From Trueperaceae bacterium (GTDB taxonomy: Bacteria > Deinococcota > Deinococci > Deinococcales > Trueperaceae), in contig CBDCDZ010000004.1 of the NCBI GenBank assembly GCA_965215565.1, forward strand, positions 576,001 through 640,000: DNA of 64,000 nucleotides. Direction: 5' to 3'. A model generated the notes under the pieces. That model saw only the letters and a program-made list of their open reading frames with translations, was not told the DNA's origin and ran no database searches. This document shows, piece by piece, positions 1 to 10,303 of the stretch. Position 1 is the stretch's first letter; each line of letters starts with the position of its first letter. The translations under genes and the position numbers were made by a program.

Positions 1-1
1 T

Positions 2-1123
2 GACGGTTTTAGCAATTTTAGGGTTTTCTTCTAGGATGTCGTTGAGCTTTTCGTAAACGACGGACTGCACCGCGCTCTGCGCCTCGGGGTTGAGGAGCTT
101 GACCTTGGCTTGAGACTCGAACTGCGGGTCGCCCAGCTTAACGGAGATGACGCACGAGATACCCTCCAAGAAGTCCTCCCCCGTCGGCGCAGGCTCACCC
201 TTCTTGACGAGGTTCTTGGTCTTGGCGTAGTTGTTCAGGACGCGGGTGTACGCCGTTTTGAAACCCGTGAGGTGCGTGCCGCCGTCGCGGTTGGTGATCA
301 TATTGGCGTAGGTGAGAATCGTCTGGCCATACGAGCCCGCGTGGAGCATCCCAACTTCGACTTCAATCTCGTCAGACGTGCCTTCGATCAGGATGGGGTT
401 GTCGTAGAGGCGTTTGCTATCCGAGACCAAGTCCTCAGCGAACGCCGCGACGCCGCCATCCTCTTTGAACTCTTCGCGCTTGACCTCTTGAGCGCGCCTA
501 TCTTCGATGATGATCTTGACGCCCGCCGTGAGGTACGCAAGCTCGCGTAAACGGCGGCGAATGCGTCCGTAATCGAAACCGGCGATGTCCTTGAAAATCT
601 CGTGGTCGGGTAAGAAGGAAACTTTGGAGCCGGTGTCGTCCTTTTTAGTTTTGCCAATCTGAGAGACGGGCTTCGTGACCTCGCCCCTGTCGAAGCGGAT
701 GAGGTGGACTTTGCCTTCGGTTTTGACTTCGGCCTCGAGAAAGACCGAGAGCGCGTTCACTACTGACGAGCCGACGCCGTGCAAGCCGCCCGAGACCTTA
801 TAGGCGTCCGAGTCGAACTTGCCGCCCGCGTGCAGCTCGGTAAAGATCACTTCGATAGCGGGGCGACCCTCTTTTGCCATCGTGCCAACGGGGATGCCGC
901 GCCCGTTGTCGCTGACGCTCGCGGAACCGTCCGCGTTGAGGACGACCTCAACGGTGTCGGCGTGACCCGCTAGCGCTTCGTCGATGGCGTTGTCGATAAT
1001 TTCGGTTAAAAGTTGGTGGTAACCGTCGATGCCCGTGCCGCCCTGCACGTACATGGCGGGGCGCTTGCGAACGCCTTCTAACCCTTTAAGAACTTTGATG
1101 CTGTCTGCGCTATAAACTGCCAA
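2..1123 (-). CDS. gyrB: DNA gyrase subunit B, 5' part (runs off window start)
   Basis: Manual translation from TTG at 1123: [25 protein letters not shown]...EIIDNAIDE...[23 protein letters not shown] upstream. Confidence 0.93.
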   Translation of the reverse strand, partial: MAVYSADSIKVLKGLEGVRKRPAMYVQGGTGIDGYHQLLTEIIDNAIDEALAGHADTVEVVLNADGSASVSDNGRGIPVGTMAKEGRPAIEVIFTELHAGGKFDSDAYKVSGGLHGVGSSVVNALSVFLEAEVKTEGKVHLIRFDRGEVTKPVSQIGKTKKDDTGSKVSFLPDHEIFKDIAGFDYGRIRRRLRELAYLTAGVKIIIEDRRAQEVKREEFKEDGGVAAFAEDLVSDSKRLYDNPILIEGTSDEIEVEVGMLHAGSYGQTILTYANMITNRDGGTHLTGFKTAYTRVLNNYAKTKNLVKKGEPAPTGEDFLEGISCVISVKLGDPQFESQAKVKLLNPEAQSAVQSVVYEKLNDILEENPKIAKTV

Positions 1124-1501
1124 GGTGAGCCTCCGTGACTGACCATGCTGCTCATTAAAAACTCTCGCCAAACCACCTTCTGCCAACCCGAATCCAGGCT
1201 GATATAAAAGAGGTTTGAGCGTCGTAGATGGAACCAGCATTAAGGCTGGCTAAACAGTTCATTATAACACTTTTCCAGCCTCCCGAGCAAACTAGGAGAC
1301 ACGTCTACAACGGGCATTTCTCGTTTCGCAAGCTCTTGAAAAGAGGGTGGATGAGCGAAGTTTTTTGACGTTCGAAAGAGGTCATTTCCAGCTCGAGTTT
1401 GGAGGGTTCTTGCACATCGACAAGAAGCGCGGCGGCGCAGCTAAGAAGGCTCGAGTGAAGCCTTTCACATCCTTAGCAGGTCAGCCTGTAACAATACCTT
1501 T

Positions 1502-2662
1502 ATGGCACGTCCTTTCGAACAGTTCGGAAAGCTCTTGGTCTGTCTTCTTTGGCTCGTCCCTCTCGCACAGACACACGCAAATACACGTTCAAACATCACC
1601 TTGCGCGTCGGCGCGGTGCTCTCCCTGACCGGGGCGAACGCGAGCACGGGCAGAGCCCAGGACGCAGCGCTGCGCGCGTGGCAAGCGAGTGCTCAGAATG
1701 AGGGGGTTTCTATTGAGATTCTTACGGCAGATGATGGCAGTAATCCTGAACGCGCGGCGGCGCAAGCGGCGCAGTTTGCGGATGAGGGAATACACGCACT
1801 GCTCTGCTGTTCGGAGACGGCGGCGTTAGAACGCGCTGCACCCTCTATACGCGAAGCAGAGATATTGACACTGGCGCTGACCTCGCACCCTCTCGTGACC
1901 GACGCCACTCAAAATCATTGCCTTTTTAGCGTTGTGCCAGAGCGTGCAGCGCAGCTTAGAACTATAGCGCTGCGTGAAGGTGCGAACAGTGTCGCGTTTA
2001 TGGGTTTGGAAGGAGACGCGGGCGACGCAGCCGTCCGCGTCCTCATGCAGGGGGGCGTGCGCCTCGTCGCGGAGGAGCGCTACACGCCAGAGGTAGACGC
2101 GCTGACCCCCGAAGCGCTCTGGGTGGCCACCCGGCAACCGAGCGCGGTGCTCGTCTGGGGAGGTATGAGGGATACACAGCTCGCAGTGGACGCCCTCGCG
2201 CAGCGCGGCTTCGAGGGGCGCATCTACATCGACTCACAACGCTACGAAAACGCCAGCGTGTTGGAACGAGCGGACTTGCGAGGAACGGTGACAGTGACGG
2301 ACGCGGTTAGCGTCCGTAGCACGCTACCGCCCACGCAACCGACTTACGGAGAAACGCGCCGCTTCCTCTCTGCGCTCAGCGCAACGTACGGCGCGAACCG
2401 TCCCACAGCCGAAGGCGGCTACGCCTGGGACGCTATGACGCTCCTGCAGCGCGCTTTCGAGGAGACCCTCGCGTACAACCGCTTAGAGCAGAGTGGTACA
2501 GCTACCATCCGCCAAGCTTTGCGCGATTCGTTAGTCGGGCTCGGACCCGTGACGGGCGCGGTAGGGGTGTACGACTACCTCGAGACCAATCACGTCGGCG
2601 TTGCGCCAGATTCGCTCGTCGTCGCGACGCTCGAGCGGGGGCGGTTGCGGGCGGTGCGCTGA
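1502..2662 (+). CDS. ABC transporter substrate-binding protein (branched-chain amino acid/LivJ-like), orphan
   Basis: Signal peptide, VGAVLSLTG and DDGSNP motifs. Confidence 0.8.
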   Translation: MARPFEQFGKLLVCLLWLVPLAQTHANTRSNITLRVGAVLSLTGANASTGRAQDAALRAWQASAQNEGVSIEILTADDGSNPERAAAQAAQFADEGIHALLCCSETAALERAAPSIREAEILTLALTSHPLVTDATQNHCLFSVVPERAAQLRTIALREGANSVAFMGLEGDAGDAAVRVLMQGGVRLVAEERYTPEVDALTPEALWVATRQPSAVLVWGGMRDTQLAVDALAQRGFEGRIYIDSQRYENASVLERADLRGTVTVTDAVSVRSTLPPTQPTYGETRRFLSALSATYGANRPTAEGGYAWDAMTLLQRAFEETLAYNRLEQSGTATIRQALRDSLVGLGPVTGAVGVYDYLETNHVGVAPDSLVVATLERGRLRAVR

Positions 2663-2697
2663 GCGAAGCATAGACCCTCGGCGTGCTAAATTGAGAT

Positions 2698-3906
2698 GTG
2701 GCACTACTAGGACGTAAAGCGCAGACCTTGAAAGAGTCGATGCAAAACCTAGACCCTGTTCACTCCTTGGAGGTGAACGAACTGGACAAGTATTTCGTCG
2801 AGCGCGAACAGACGCCTATCTTTGAGATGGCGGTTTCCTTGGAGGACACCGAGCAGCAGAAATTCCTCTTCACAGGTCACCGGGGCAACGGTAAGAGTAC
2901 AGAGCTTGCCAAGCTCGAGGCACACCTTCAAGATAGCTTCTTCGTGGTTCGCTATGCGCTCAGAAACGTGCTCGACCTCTACGACATCAGCTACGTTGAC
3001 GTGCTCCTCTCTCTCGCGATTCAGATTATTGAAAGGGTACAAGCGCAAGGCGTCGTGCTCGAGAAAACAACGAGGGACTTACTCGAGCTTCGCTGGTCTT
3101 TTGGTAGAGAAATTGAGCAGGAGATTGAACATGGCAAGGCGCGAAGTGGTGAAGCGTCGTTTAGCATAGGTGACATTTTCACGCGCCTTAGCACGCGCAT
3201 CAGCAGTGAGTCCAGCACCCGTGAGGTGATGAGGAACAAGGTTACGCCCAATATCTCTAGGCTGTTTGAAGGGATTGACGTCCTTGCACAGGACGTGAAG
3301 CAAAAGACAGGCAGACCGCTTCTTTGCATCGTTGAAGACTTGGATAAAATCGACATTGACAAAGCAGAAGAAATTTTTTACAAGAAAACAAAATCAATCA
3401 CCGACCCCAACGTCGCTATCATCTACACTTTCCCCGTAGCCCTTCACCACAGCAACGAATTTACGCAGATAGCGCAGTCCTTCAAAGTTCAGACGCTGCC
3501 GAACTTTAGAATTGAAAATAAAGACAAGGTTGCAAGTATTCTGTTGCAGCGGTTAGAAGAACGGCTCATTAGCGATGATGCGATGGGTTTGCTCATCGAC
3601 TATGGCGGCGGCGTCCCGCGTAACTTGATTCGGCTTGCGCAAGCAGCGTGCACAAAAGCTCGAGTCGCAGCGACCACGCAGATTACAGCCGAGCATGTAC
3701 AAGACGCCATCAACAAGGAACGCAACGAATTTGACCGGATGCTTACCCGCGAGCAGCGTGAAGCGCTCAAGAGGGTGATGGAAACTCAAACCATCGACCA
3801 GACGGAGGTCTACCGCGACCTTCTTCACAACTTGAGCATCTTAGAGTACGAGAACGGCAGCTTATGGTACGAGGTTAATCCGGTTGTGCGGGGTCTCTTG
3901 GAGTAA
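2698..3906 (+). CDS. P-loop NTPase (AAA/KAP-like)
   Basis: Walker A GHRGNGKS, Walker B LCIVEDLDK. Confidence 0.8.
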   Translation: MALLGRKAQTLKESMQNLDPVHSLEVNELDKYFVEREQTPIFEMAVSLEDTEQQKFLFTGHRGNGKSTELAKLEAHLQDSFFVVRYALRNVLDLYDISYVDVLLSLAIQIIERVQAQGVVLEKTTRDLLELRWSFGREIEQEIEHGKARSGEASFSIGDIFTRLSTRISSESSTREVMRNKVTPNISRLFEGIDVLAQDVKQKTGRPLLCIVEDLDKIDIDKAEEIFYKKTKSITDPNVAIIYTFPVALHHSNEFTQIAQSFKVQTLPNFRIENKDKVASILLQRLEERLISDDAMGLLIDYGGGVPRNLIRLAQAACTKARVAATTQITAEHVQDAINKERNEFDRMLTREQREALKRVMETQTIDQTEVYRDLLHNLSILEYENGSLWYEVNPVVRGLLE

Positions 3907-3907
3907 C

Positions 3908-5440
3908 ATGCCTACCCAAGTCGAAATAGACCACGACTATAAGAGGTTGAAGGTATTGCTCGAGGATACCAACTCCTTCGTTCTCGCTTTTGTTTTGTAC
4001 CGCGATATCGAAGAGCAGCGCGAAAATGCTACAAAGCTAAGAGGTTTACTAGACCTTCCTGTCACTGAGAGGGGTCTTGAAGGCGATAACCTCAACCCCG
4101 TCTATACCTTTTTAGATTTGCCTAGAGAACCCCGCCAAGCTATTTTCTACACCTTTTTGGGCAGCAGCTTACCCGAAGGCAAAAGCGACTTCGACAAGTT
4201 CGCAGGTTACGTCAACATCCAGCGCGAAGCCTTTACCGACGCGCCTCACGCCGTTGTGCTATGGCTGCGCGAAGAGCAGCTTGTGCGTTTGATGCGGCGT
4301 GCGCCGGACTTTTGGGCGTGGCGCAGTGGAGTGTTTGATGTAAGAGGTGAATTGCAACTGGAATCGCCAGCGTACCGCGAACCTGATATTGAAGCGTTCT
4401 ATAGAGTTGAACTGGAACATTCGGCAGCACTGTACCGAGAGATTCTCAAGGAGCAATTGGCGCGTGAGCTGCCAGATTTAGCGTACATAGCGCGAACTCG
4501 GTTTCGTTTATCAGTGGTGCTTCGTAGGTTGGGTTTATACAACGAGATGGCGGTTGAAGCGCAAGAGGTTATGAAGATTGCCGAAGTGCTCGAGGACGAT
4601 ATAATACGCACTGCCGGTCTTCACGAATTAGGCGCAGCATATCAAGCGTTAGGTCATTTCAGTGAGGCTGAAGCGCTTTACCGTGAGGTCATTGATTTGA
4701 GCACGAGAGTATTAGGCAAAGAGCATCGCCTCTACACCTCTGGAGTGAGTGACTTGGCGAGCCTACTTTATGAGACAGGACGCTATAGCGAAGCCGAGCT
4801 GATGTACCGTGAGGTTATTGCATTAGGGACGCAAGGATTAGACGAAGAACACCCCGATTACACATCTTGGCTCAACGGCTTAGCAATGTTACTTGAAACT
4901 ACGAACCGTTTTGACGAAGCTGAAACGCTTTACCGTAAAGCGCTAAAGATCAACGAGGATACCGTAGGTAGAGAGCATCCCCACTACGCCTCTGAGCTAA
5001 ACAACCTAGCAGTTTTACTTGAACGCACAAATCGTTATGACGAAGCTGAACTACTCTACCGTGAGGCAGTTGAACTAACGGCTAAGACTCTAGGTAAAGA
5101 GCACCCCAACTACGCGAATAGGTTGAGTAATTTTGCGAATTTACTTGCACATATGGGGCGTTATGACGAAGCCGAGATACTTTACCGCGAAGTAGTGAAA
5201 AGGGATGAAGAGAGGCTAGGCAAAACGCATCCTACCTATGCAAAAACCTTGTACAACCTAGCAGGTCTCTTACAAAAGATGAAGCGCTATAGCGAAGCTC
5301 TTACGTCGTACCATGAGGCGTTGCGTATTCTCGTAGATATTTTTGGAGAAGGTCATCCGAACACACGCCTCGTTGCCGACAACTACAAGCTTCTCCTCCA
5401 ACAACTCGAGCAACCCTCCACCCCATCCACTTCAGGTTAA
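3908..5440 (+). CDS. Tetratricopeptide repeat protein (42-aa kinesin-light-chain-type TPRs) with N-terminal APDFWAWRSGVF domain
   Basis: About 7 repeats like LGKEHPNYA..L.NLA..L....RYDEAE.LYRE; ATG 1 nt after the upstream stop. Confidence 0.85.
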   Translation: MPTQVEIDHDYKRLKVLLEDTNSFVLAFVLYRDIEEQRENATKLRGLLDLPVTERGLEGDNLNPVYTFLDLPREPRQAIFYTFLGSSLPEGKSDFDKFAGYVNIQREAFTDAPHAVVLWLREEQLVRLMRRAPDFWAWRSGVFDVRGELQLESPAYREPDIEAFYRVELEHSAALYREILKEQLARELPDLAYIARTRFRLSVVLRRLGLYNEMAVEAQEVMKIAEVLEDDIIRTAGLHELGAAYQALGHFSEAEALYREVIDLSTRVLGKEHRLYTSGVSDLASLLYETGRYSEAELMYREVIALGTQGLDEEHPDYTSWLNGLAMLLETTNRFDEAETLYRKALKINEDTVGREHPHYASELNNLAVLLERTNRYDEAELLYREAVELTAKTLGKEHPNYANRLSNFANLLAHMGRYDEAEILYREVVKRDEERLGKTHPTYAKTLYNLAGLLQKMKRYSEALTSYHEALRILVDIFGEGHPNTRLVADNYKLLLQQLEQPSTPSTSG

Positions 5441-5451
5441 ACTAAAGCCTC

Positions 5452-6396
5452 ATGAACACCGGCATCGAGCGGATTCAGGCTGACTTAGAGGCGAACGGCT
5501 ACGTCGCAGATAGAGAAATCGCCACCGCGATTCACCTCTCTGCTAGGCTCGGACGACCTCTTCTCATCGAGGGTCCGGCGGGCGTGGGCAAAACCGCCAT
5601 CGCCAAGGTGATGGCGAGGGTTTTAGAAACCGAACTCATCCGCTTGCAGTGTTATGAGGGGTTGGACTCGAGCACCGCCATCTACGAGTGGAACTATCAG
5701 AAACAGCTCCTCCACATCCGCATGACCGAGGGAACAGGGCAGGCATTGAGCGCAAGGGAAGCCGAAATTTTCAGCCCTGACTTTTTACTCCAGCGCCCCC
5801 TCCTTAAAGCCATCCGCTCTCCTGTAGCGCCCGTTTTGCTCATCGACGAAATTGACCGCGCCGACGAGGAGTTCGAGGCGTTTCTCCTCGAGCTTCTCTC
5901 CGACTGGCAGGTCAGCATCCCCGAACTCGGCACGCTCTCAGCGAAAGAGGTCCCCCACACGATTTTAACGAGCAACCGCGTCCGCGAGCTTTCGGACGCG
6001 CTTAGGCGGCGTTGTCTGTACCTCTGGATAGACTATCCACCCTTTGATAAAGAGCTTCAAATCGTGCGGGTCAGCGTGCCGGGGCTGAGTGAGCAGATGA
6101 GCGCTCAGCTTGTGTCGGTGGTGCAGCTTCTGCGCCGTTTGACGCTGGACAAACCGCCCGGCGTAGCGGAGAGTCTGGATTGGGCGGCGGCGTTAGCGGT
6201 CATGAACATCGAACGACTCGACCGCGACGCGCTGCAAACAACCGTGAGTGCGCTCCTCAAACACAGCGAAGACCAGAGGCGCTTTCGCTCGAGCTGGCTG
6301 GATGCACTTTTGGCGGCTTTGGTGGTGCTCGAGCCCGGCAACGAAGCGCTCACCCTAGAGCAAGCCTACCGGCAGCTTCAACTTGCCCTAAAGTAG
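5452..6396 (+). CDS. MoxR family AAA+ ATPase (CoxD-like)
   Basis: EGPAGVGKT, RLQCYEGLD, LLIDEIDRADEEFEAFLLE, ELSDALRRRC. Confidence 0.92.
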   Translation: MNTGIERIQADLEANGYVADREIATAIHLSARLGRPLLIEGPAGVGKTAIAKVMARVLETELIRLQCYEGLDSSTAIYEWNYQKQLLHIRMTEGTGQALSAREAEIFSPDFLLQRPLLKAIRSPVAPVLLIDEIDRADEEFEAFLLELLSDWQVSIPELGTLSAKEVPHTILTSNRVRELSDALRRRCLYLWIDYPPFDKELQIVRVSVPGLSEQMSAQLVSVVQLLRRLTLDKPPGVAESLDWAAALAVMNIERLDRDALQTTVSALLKHSEDQRRFRSSWLDALLAALVVLEPGNEALTLEQAYRQLQLALK

Positions 6397-6438
6397 AATG
6401 TTTTCCCTCAAGCTGTTAGATGAGAGCGAGGCTTCTAA

Positions 6439-6876
6439 ATGAAAATTGCACTAGGTACAGATCATGCAGGTTATGACCTCAAAGAGGTAGTAAAGTCGCA
6501 CCTTGGTAGAAGAGGAATCACCACAATCGACTTCGGAACTGACTCAGATGCTCCCGTTGATTATCCAGATTTCGTCCGGCCTGCTGCGACAGCCGTTGCG
6601 GACGGCGCTGCAGATTTCGCCATTGTTTTTGGAGGAAGCGGCAATGGTGAAGCGATGGTTGCGAACAAAATACCAGGCGTACGTTGTGGGCTATGTTGGA
6701 ACGTATGGAGCGCACAAATGACAAAGGAACACAACGACGCGAACGTTATCGCCCTGGGCGGACGAGTGGTGTCAACCGACGAAGTCACGGAGATCGTTGA
6801 CACCTGGCTCCATGCGAAATTCGAGGGGGGGCGTCATCAGAAGCGTATCGATAAGATCGAAATACCACCAGCCTAA
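6439..6876 (+). CDS. rpiB: Ribose-5-phosphate isomerase B
   Basis: GTDHAG, DYPD, GGSGNGE, HNDANV, FEGGRHQKR. Confidence 0.93.
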   Translation: MKIALGTDHAGYDLKEVVKSHLGRRGITTIDFGTDSDAPVDYPDFVRPAATAVADGAADFAIVFGGSGNGEAMVANKIPGVRCGLCWNVWSAQMTKEHNDANVIALGGRVVSTDEVTEIVDTWLHAKFEGGRHQKRIDKIEIPPA

Positions 6877-7009
6877 CAAGGCGTTGCAGCGTGACTTGAG
6901 TCGGTATCCGTGGGAGAAAATGCAACTAGAGGCTTTAAGCCAAAGGCTAATCGCTAACAGCTAAAAGCCAAACAGGGACAATTCTGCGCCTCGAGAGGAC
7001 CGCAACTCC

Positions 7010-8128
7010 ATGACCTACCCCGAAACCCTAGAAGCCAACCTCTTGACCTTCGCCCACCTCTTGCGCGGTCAAGGTTTTAAGGCGGGCGCGGCGGAGGTTG
7101 CGTTGGCGTTGCAGACGCTGGAGACTATCAACCCGGCGGATAAGCGCGAAGTTCAGACCTCTTTGCGCCTTCTCTTCGCGCGTAGCCCTAAGGAACGCGC
7201 TCAATTTGACGAAACCTTCGACCTCTATTTCAGCGGCTCGCTCGATATTGCGAGGACGGAAATACCGCCGCCTCAACCTCCCAAACAGAAGACGCAGAGC
7301 AACGCGGTGTCGGGTTGGGCGGAGGATGAAGAGGGCGATGAGGTATTGGAAACGATGCGCTACAGCCCTACCGAGGCTAAGCTGACGGGCGGGAGCACAC
7401 CCCCTACGAGCGAGGTAGGCGCGCTCAACCGAGCGGCGGCGCGGCTCGCGAAGAGGTTGGCAACAAAGCGCTCGAGGCGCACCGTCTCCACTTCGAAGGG
7501 TAGACGCGCCGACCTGCGCCGTTCCGTGCGGCGGAATCTCCCTCACGGCGAGATGCTCAACCTTATCTATAAGCACTACGCCCAGGGAAAAACGCGCTTA
7601 ATTTTCGCCTTCGACGTGAGCGGCTCGATGCTCGCGCATAACGCCTTTTTGCTCCAACTCGCCTACGCCTTTATGCAGCAGCGGCGACTCGGGCAGATAG
7701 AAGTGTTCGGCTTTAGCACGGAGCTTTACCGCCTCACGCCTTTTTTACGTCACAGCGGTCCTGATGAGGCTTTAAGGAGCGCAGCCCAAGCGATGCCGGG
7801 GCGCAGTGGCGGCACGAAGATTGGAAAGTGTTTGCAAAGTTTAGTCGAGCGCTACGGCGCGCTTTTAGGTCCTAAAACCGCCGTGATTATCGTCAGCGAC
7901 GGGTGGGATACGGGCGACTTAGAGACGCTGCGCGGCGCGATGCGCACCCTCCAAGCGCGGAGTCAGCGGCTCGTGTGGCTCAATCCGCTCGCGGCTGCGC
8001 CGGGATATGAGCCCACGGTTGCGGGGATGCAAACGGCGCTGCCTTACGTGGATGTATTCGCGCCGGGGCACAACCTGGAGAGTTTAGAGAGGCTCGAGCG
8101 TCACCTCAGCAGATTCGGCAAACTTTAA
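7010..8128 (+). CDS. VWA domain protein (CoxE-like), partner of the MoxR ATPase
   Basis: DVSGSM MIDAS motif, SGGTKIG, SDGWDTG, WLNPL. Confidence 0.9.
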   Translation: MTYPETLEANLLTFAHLLRGQGFKAGAAEVALALQTLETINPADKREVQTSLRLLFARSPKERAQFDETFDLYFSGSLDIARTEIPPPQPPKQKTQSNAVSGWAEDEEGDEVLETMRYSPTEAKLTGGSTPPTSEVGALNRAAARLAKRLATKRSRRTVSTSKGRRADLRRSVRRNLPHGEMLNLIYKHYAQGKTRLIFAFDVSGSMLAHNAFLLQLAYAFMQQRRLGQIEVFGFSTELYRLTPFLRHSGPDEALRSAAQAMPGRSGGTKIGKCLQSLVERYGALLGPKTAVIIVSDGWDTGDLETLRGAMRTLQARSQRLVWLNPLAAAPGYEPTVAGMQTALPYVDVFAPGHNLESLERLERHLSRFGKL

Positions 8129-8179
8129 TCAGGTACTGCACTTGACCGAGTTTAGCCGCGCAGCACGTTAAAAAGAGGG

Positions 8180-8935
8180 ATGAAAGTTTTTCTTATCGCG
8201 CTCCTTTTCGGCGCGCTTCCCTTTGCATTTGCTTACGACGAAGCCCAGCTAGACACCTTGCTTGACAAATACGTCAACAGTGAAGGGCTCGTAGACTACA
8301 CTGCCTGGAAAAATAACGACGCTGACCTCTCCGCGCTCCGCACGCTGACGGATAATCTGGCGTCCTTTGACCCCTCGAGCCTAACTGAGCAGGCACGCTT
8401 AGCCTTTTGGATCAACGCCTACAACGCCTTTGCACTCCGAGAGGTGTTGGAGCGCTACCCCGTTGAGACCATTCGTCCCGCCGACTTTTTAGGCATCCCC
8501 GAACGCTCCTTTTTCACTGAAGAGAAACACGACGTGAACGGTACCGCTTACAGCTTGGATCAGATCGAGAATGAGGTGCTCCGCGCCGAGTTTGCAGAGC
8601 CGCGTATCCACTTCGCGATCGTCTGCGCCTCGACGAGTTGCCCTGAGCTTCGTGCGGAGGCGTACACAGCGGAGAGGTTGGACGCGCAACTGAACGAGCA
8701 AACTCGGTCTTTTGTGAACGACCCCTCGAGGAACCGCTACAACGCAGAGACAGACACCGCCAGCATCAGCAAGATTTTCGACTGGTTCGAAGGCGACTTC
8801 ACCGACGTCGCCGCATCCGTTCCAGCTTATTTGACCTCTTATGCAGATGAAGAGGCGACGGCGGTTTTAGAAAGCCCCGAGCTAGACATTGAATATATGT
8901 CTTATGATTGGGGACTCAACGACCAGGCACAGTAG
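8180..8935 (+). CDS. DUF547 domain secreted protein
   Basis: LAFWINAYNA, EPRIHFAIVCASTSCP, SKIFDWF, YDWGLN. Confidence 0.88.
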   Translation: MKVFLIALLFGALPFAFAYDEAQLDTLLDKYVNSEGLVDYTAWKNNDADLSALRTLTDNLASFDPSSLTEQARLAFWINAYNAFALREVLERYPVETIRPADFLGIPERSFFTEEKHDVNGTAYSLDQIENEVLRAEFAEPRIHFAIVCASTSCPELRAEAYTAERLDAQLNEQTRSFVNDPSRNRYNAETDTASISKIFDWFEGDFTDVAASVPAYLTSYADEEATAVLESPELDIEYMSYDWGLNDQAQ

Positions 8936-8963
8936 GAACGCTGCGCCTTGCTATACTGCTCCT

Positions 8964-9461
8964 ATGAGCATCCCGCCCGAAGACCTCATCTTACAAGCCG
9001 ACCTGCTCAACGTGCGGCTGGAAATCGTGCGCGGGTTGCCTATTTGGGAGGCGAGCCCGATTCTGGCGCACCAGCTTCAAGTTGACCGCATTCGCGCTAG
9101 TATCACCCCTAAGAATTCCGAGAGTTGCGGGTGCGTTCACATCGCTGACGTTCTCTTCAAGTTCCCTGACAGCTCTTTGAAACGCCCTGATATCGCTGTT
9201 CTTTGTGAGTTACCCGAGGAGACCGAGCAGTATAAAGCCCTACCTGCCGTACCGGAAGCCGTCATCGAAATCGTCAGTGAAGGCTACGAGCGCAAAGACT
9301 TAGAACTCGCGCCGAGCTTTTATTTAGCTTTCGGCGTCAAGGACGTCGTTATCTTTGAACCGCAAACGAAGATTGTCTACCATCACCGCAGGGATGGGGT
9401 GAAGCGGCTCGAGTCTCCCGTTAAGATAGATTTTGAATGCGGCTGCGCGTGCGAAGTGTAA
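8964..9461 (+). CDS. Uma2 family (PD-(D/E)XK) putative endonuclease
   Basis: RPDIAV...PEAVIEIVS...KD; ATG preceded by TATACT at 6 nt (leaderless). Confidence 0.82.
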   Translation: MSIPPEDLILQADLLNVRLEIVRGLPIWEASPILAHQLQVDRIRASITPKNSESCGCVHIADVLFKFPDSSLKRPDIAVLCELPEETEQYKALPAVPEAVIEIVSEGYERKDLELAPSFYLAFGVKDVVIFEPQTKIVYHHRRDGVKRLESPVKIDFECGCACEV

Positions 9462-9474
9462 TCCCGCGTAACCT

Positions 9475-9891
9475 TTAGACCTCTTGCGCCCGCTTCTCCG
9501 GCACGGTCTCCTGCAAATATTTCACCACCTCTTGCGTGCTCGCCCCCGGCGTGAAAATCTCCGCTACACCCATCTCTTTGAGTTTAGGCAAGTCCTGATC
9601 GGGGACGATGCCGCCGCCGAAGACGATGATGTCTCCCGCGCCTCTCTCTTTAAGCCCTTCTAAAATCTCTTTGAAGTAGTGCATGTGCGCCCCCGAAAGG
9701 ATGGAGAGCCCCACCACGTCTACATCCTCTTGCACGGCGGCGTTGACGATCATCTCGCTCGTCTGCCGGAGTCCGGTGTAGATGACTTCCATGCCTGCAT
9801 CACGCAGGGCGCGGGCGATGACCTTAGCTCCTCTGTCGTGACCATCTAAGCCAGGTTTGGCGATAAGTACGCGAATATTGCGCTGTTCCAT
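9475..9891 (-). CDS. Cobalamin-binding subunit of methylmalonyl-CoA mutase family enzyme
   Basis: [26 protein letters not shown]. Confidence 0.95.
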   Translation of the reverse strand: MEQRNIRVLIAKPGLDGHDRGAKVIARALRDAGMEVIYTGLRQTSEMIVNAAVQEDVDVVGLSILSGAHMHYFKEILEGLKERGAGDIIVFGGGIVPDQDLPKLKEMGVAEIFTPGASTQEVVKYLQETVPEKRAQEV

Positions 9892-9986
9892 AACGTCATC
9901 ATAGCGCAGGTGTGAGGAAGGTGGGTTGCCATTCGTCGCTCAGGGGTGCACAGATGGCTAACACCCGCGCCCGCTGGCACACGCTG

Positions 9987-10255
9987 TAGCAGGTTACTTC
10001 GTTCCGTCTCCTCCCTAAGGGAGCAGCCTACGGAAGGCTTCGCTTCGCAGAGATAGCTTCGCTCAATCAAAGTCTGTCTCACTATGTTCGGAGCTGGTTT
10101 GAGCCAATCTCACGAGATAGAACATCGTTTCACTACGTGAAAACTTCGCCCCTACAGGCTTTCAGAAAGCAGCACGCACTTGATTGTGATGAGGTTCCGT
10201 TACAGCAAGCTGCGAAATCTGCGTGATTCGCTTCTCAGTACTTCTGATACCGCTA
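9987..10255 (+). mobile_element. MITE family B copy expanded by several small inserts
   Basis: Starts TAGCAGGT, resumes CTGGTTTGAGCCAATCTCACGAGATAGAAC at 10094, ends CTGATACCGCTA; collinear with 38704-38814. Confidence 0.75.
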
Positions 10256-10303
10256 TAGCAGGGTAAGCCGAACGAGCGTCCCGCTACAAAGCGGGCGTTG
10301 CCG

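Noticed and set aside
110..973. Plus-strand ORFs over gyrB and many similar short antisense ORFs
   Set aside because: Shadow ORFs of GC-rich coding genes.
1124..1500. Radiation/desiccation response motif upstream of gyrB
   Set aside because: No convincing 17-bp palindrome found by eye.
5452..8128. MoxR-vWA ternary conflict system
   Set aside because: Both proteins are ordinary CoxD/CoxE-like types with no fused effectors.
9892..9986. Cobalamin riboswitch upstream of mutase subunit
   Set aside because: No B12-box motifs recognised; gene appears leaderless and the upstream structure is MITE-derived.
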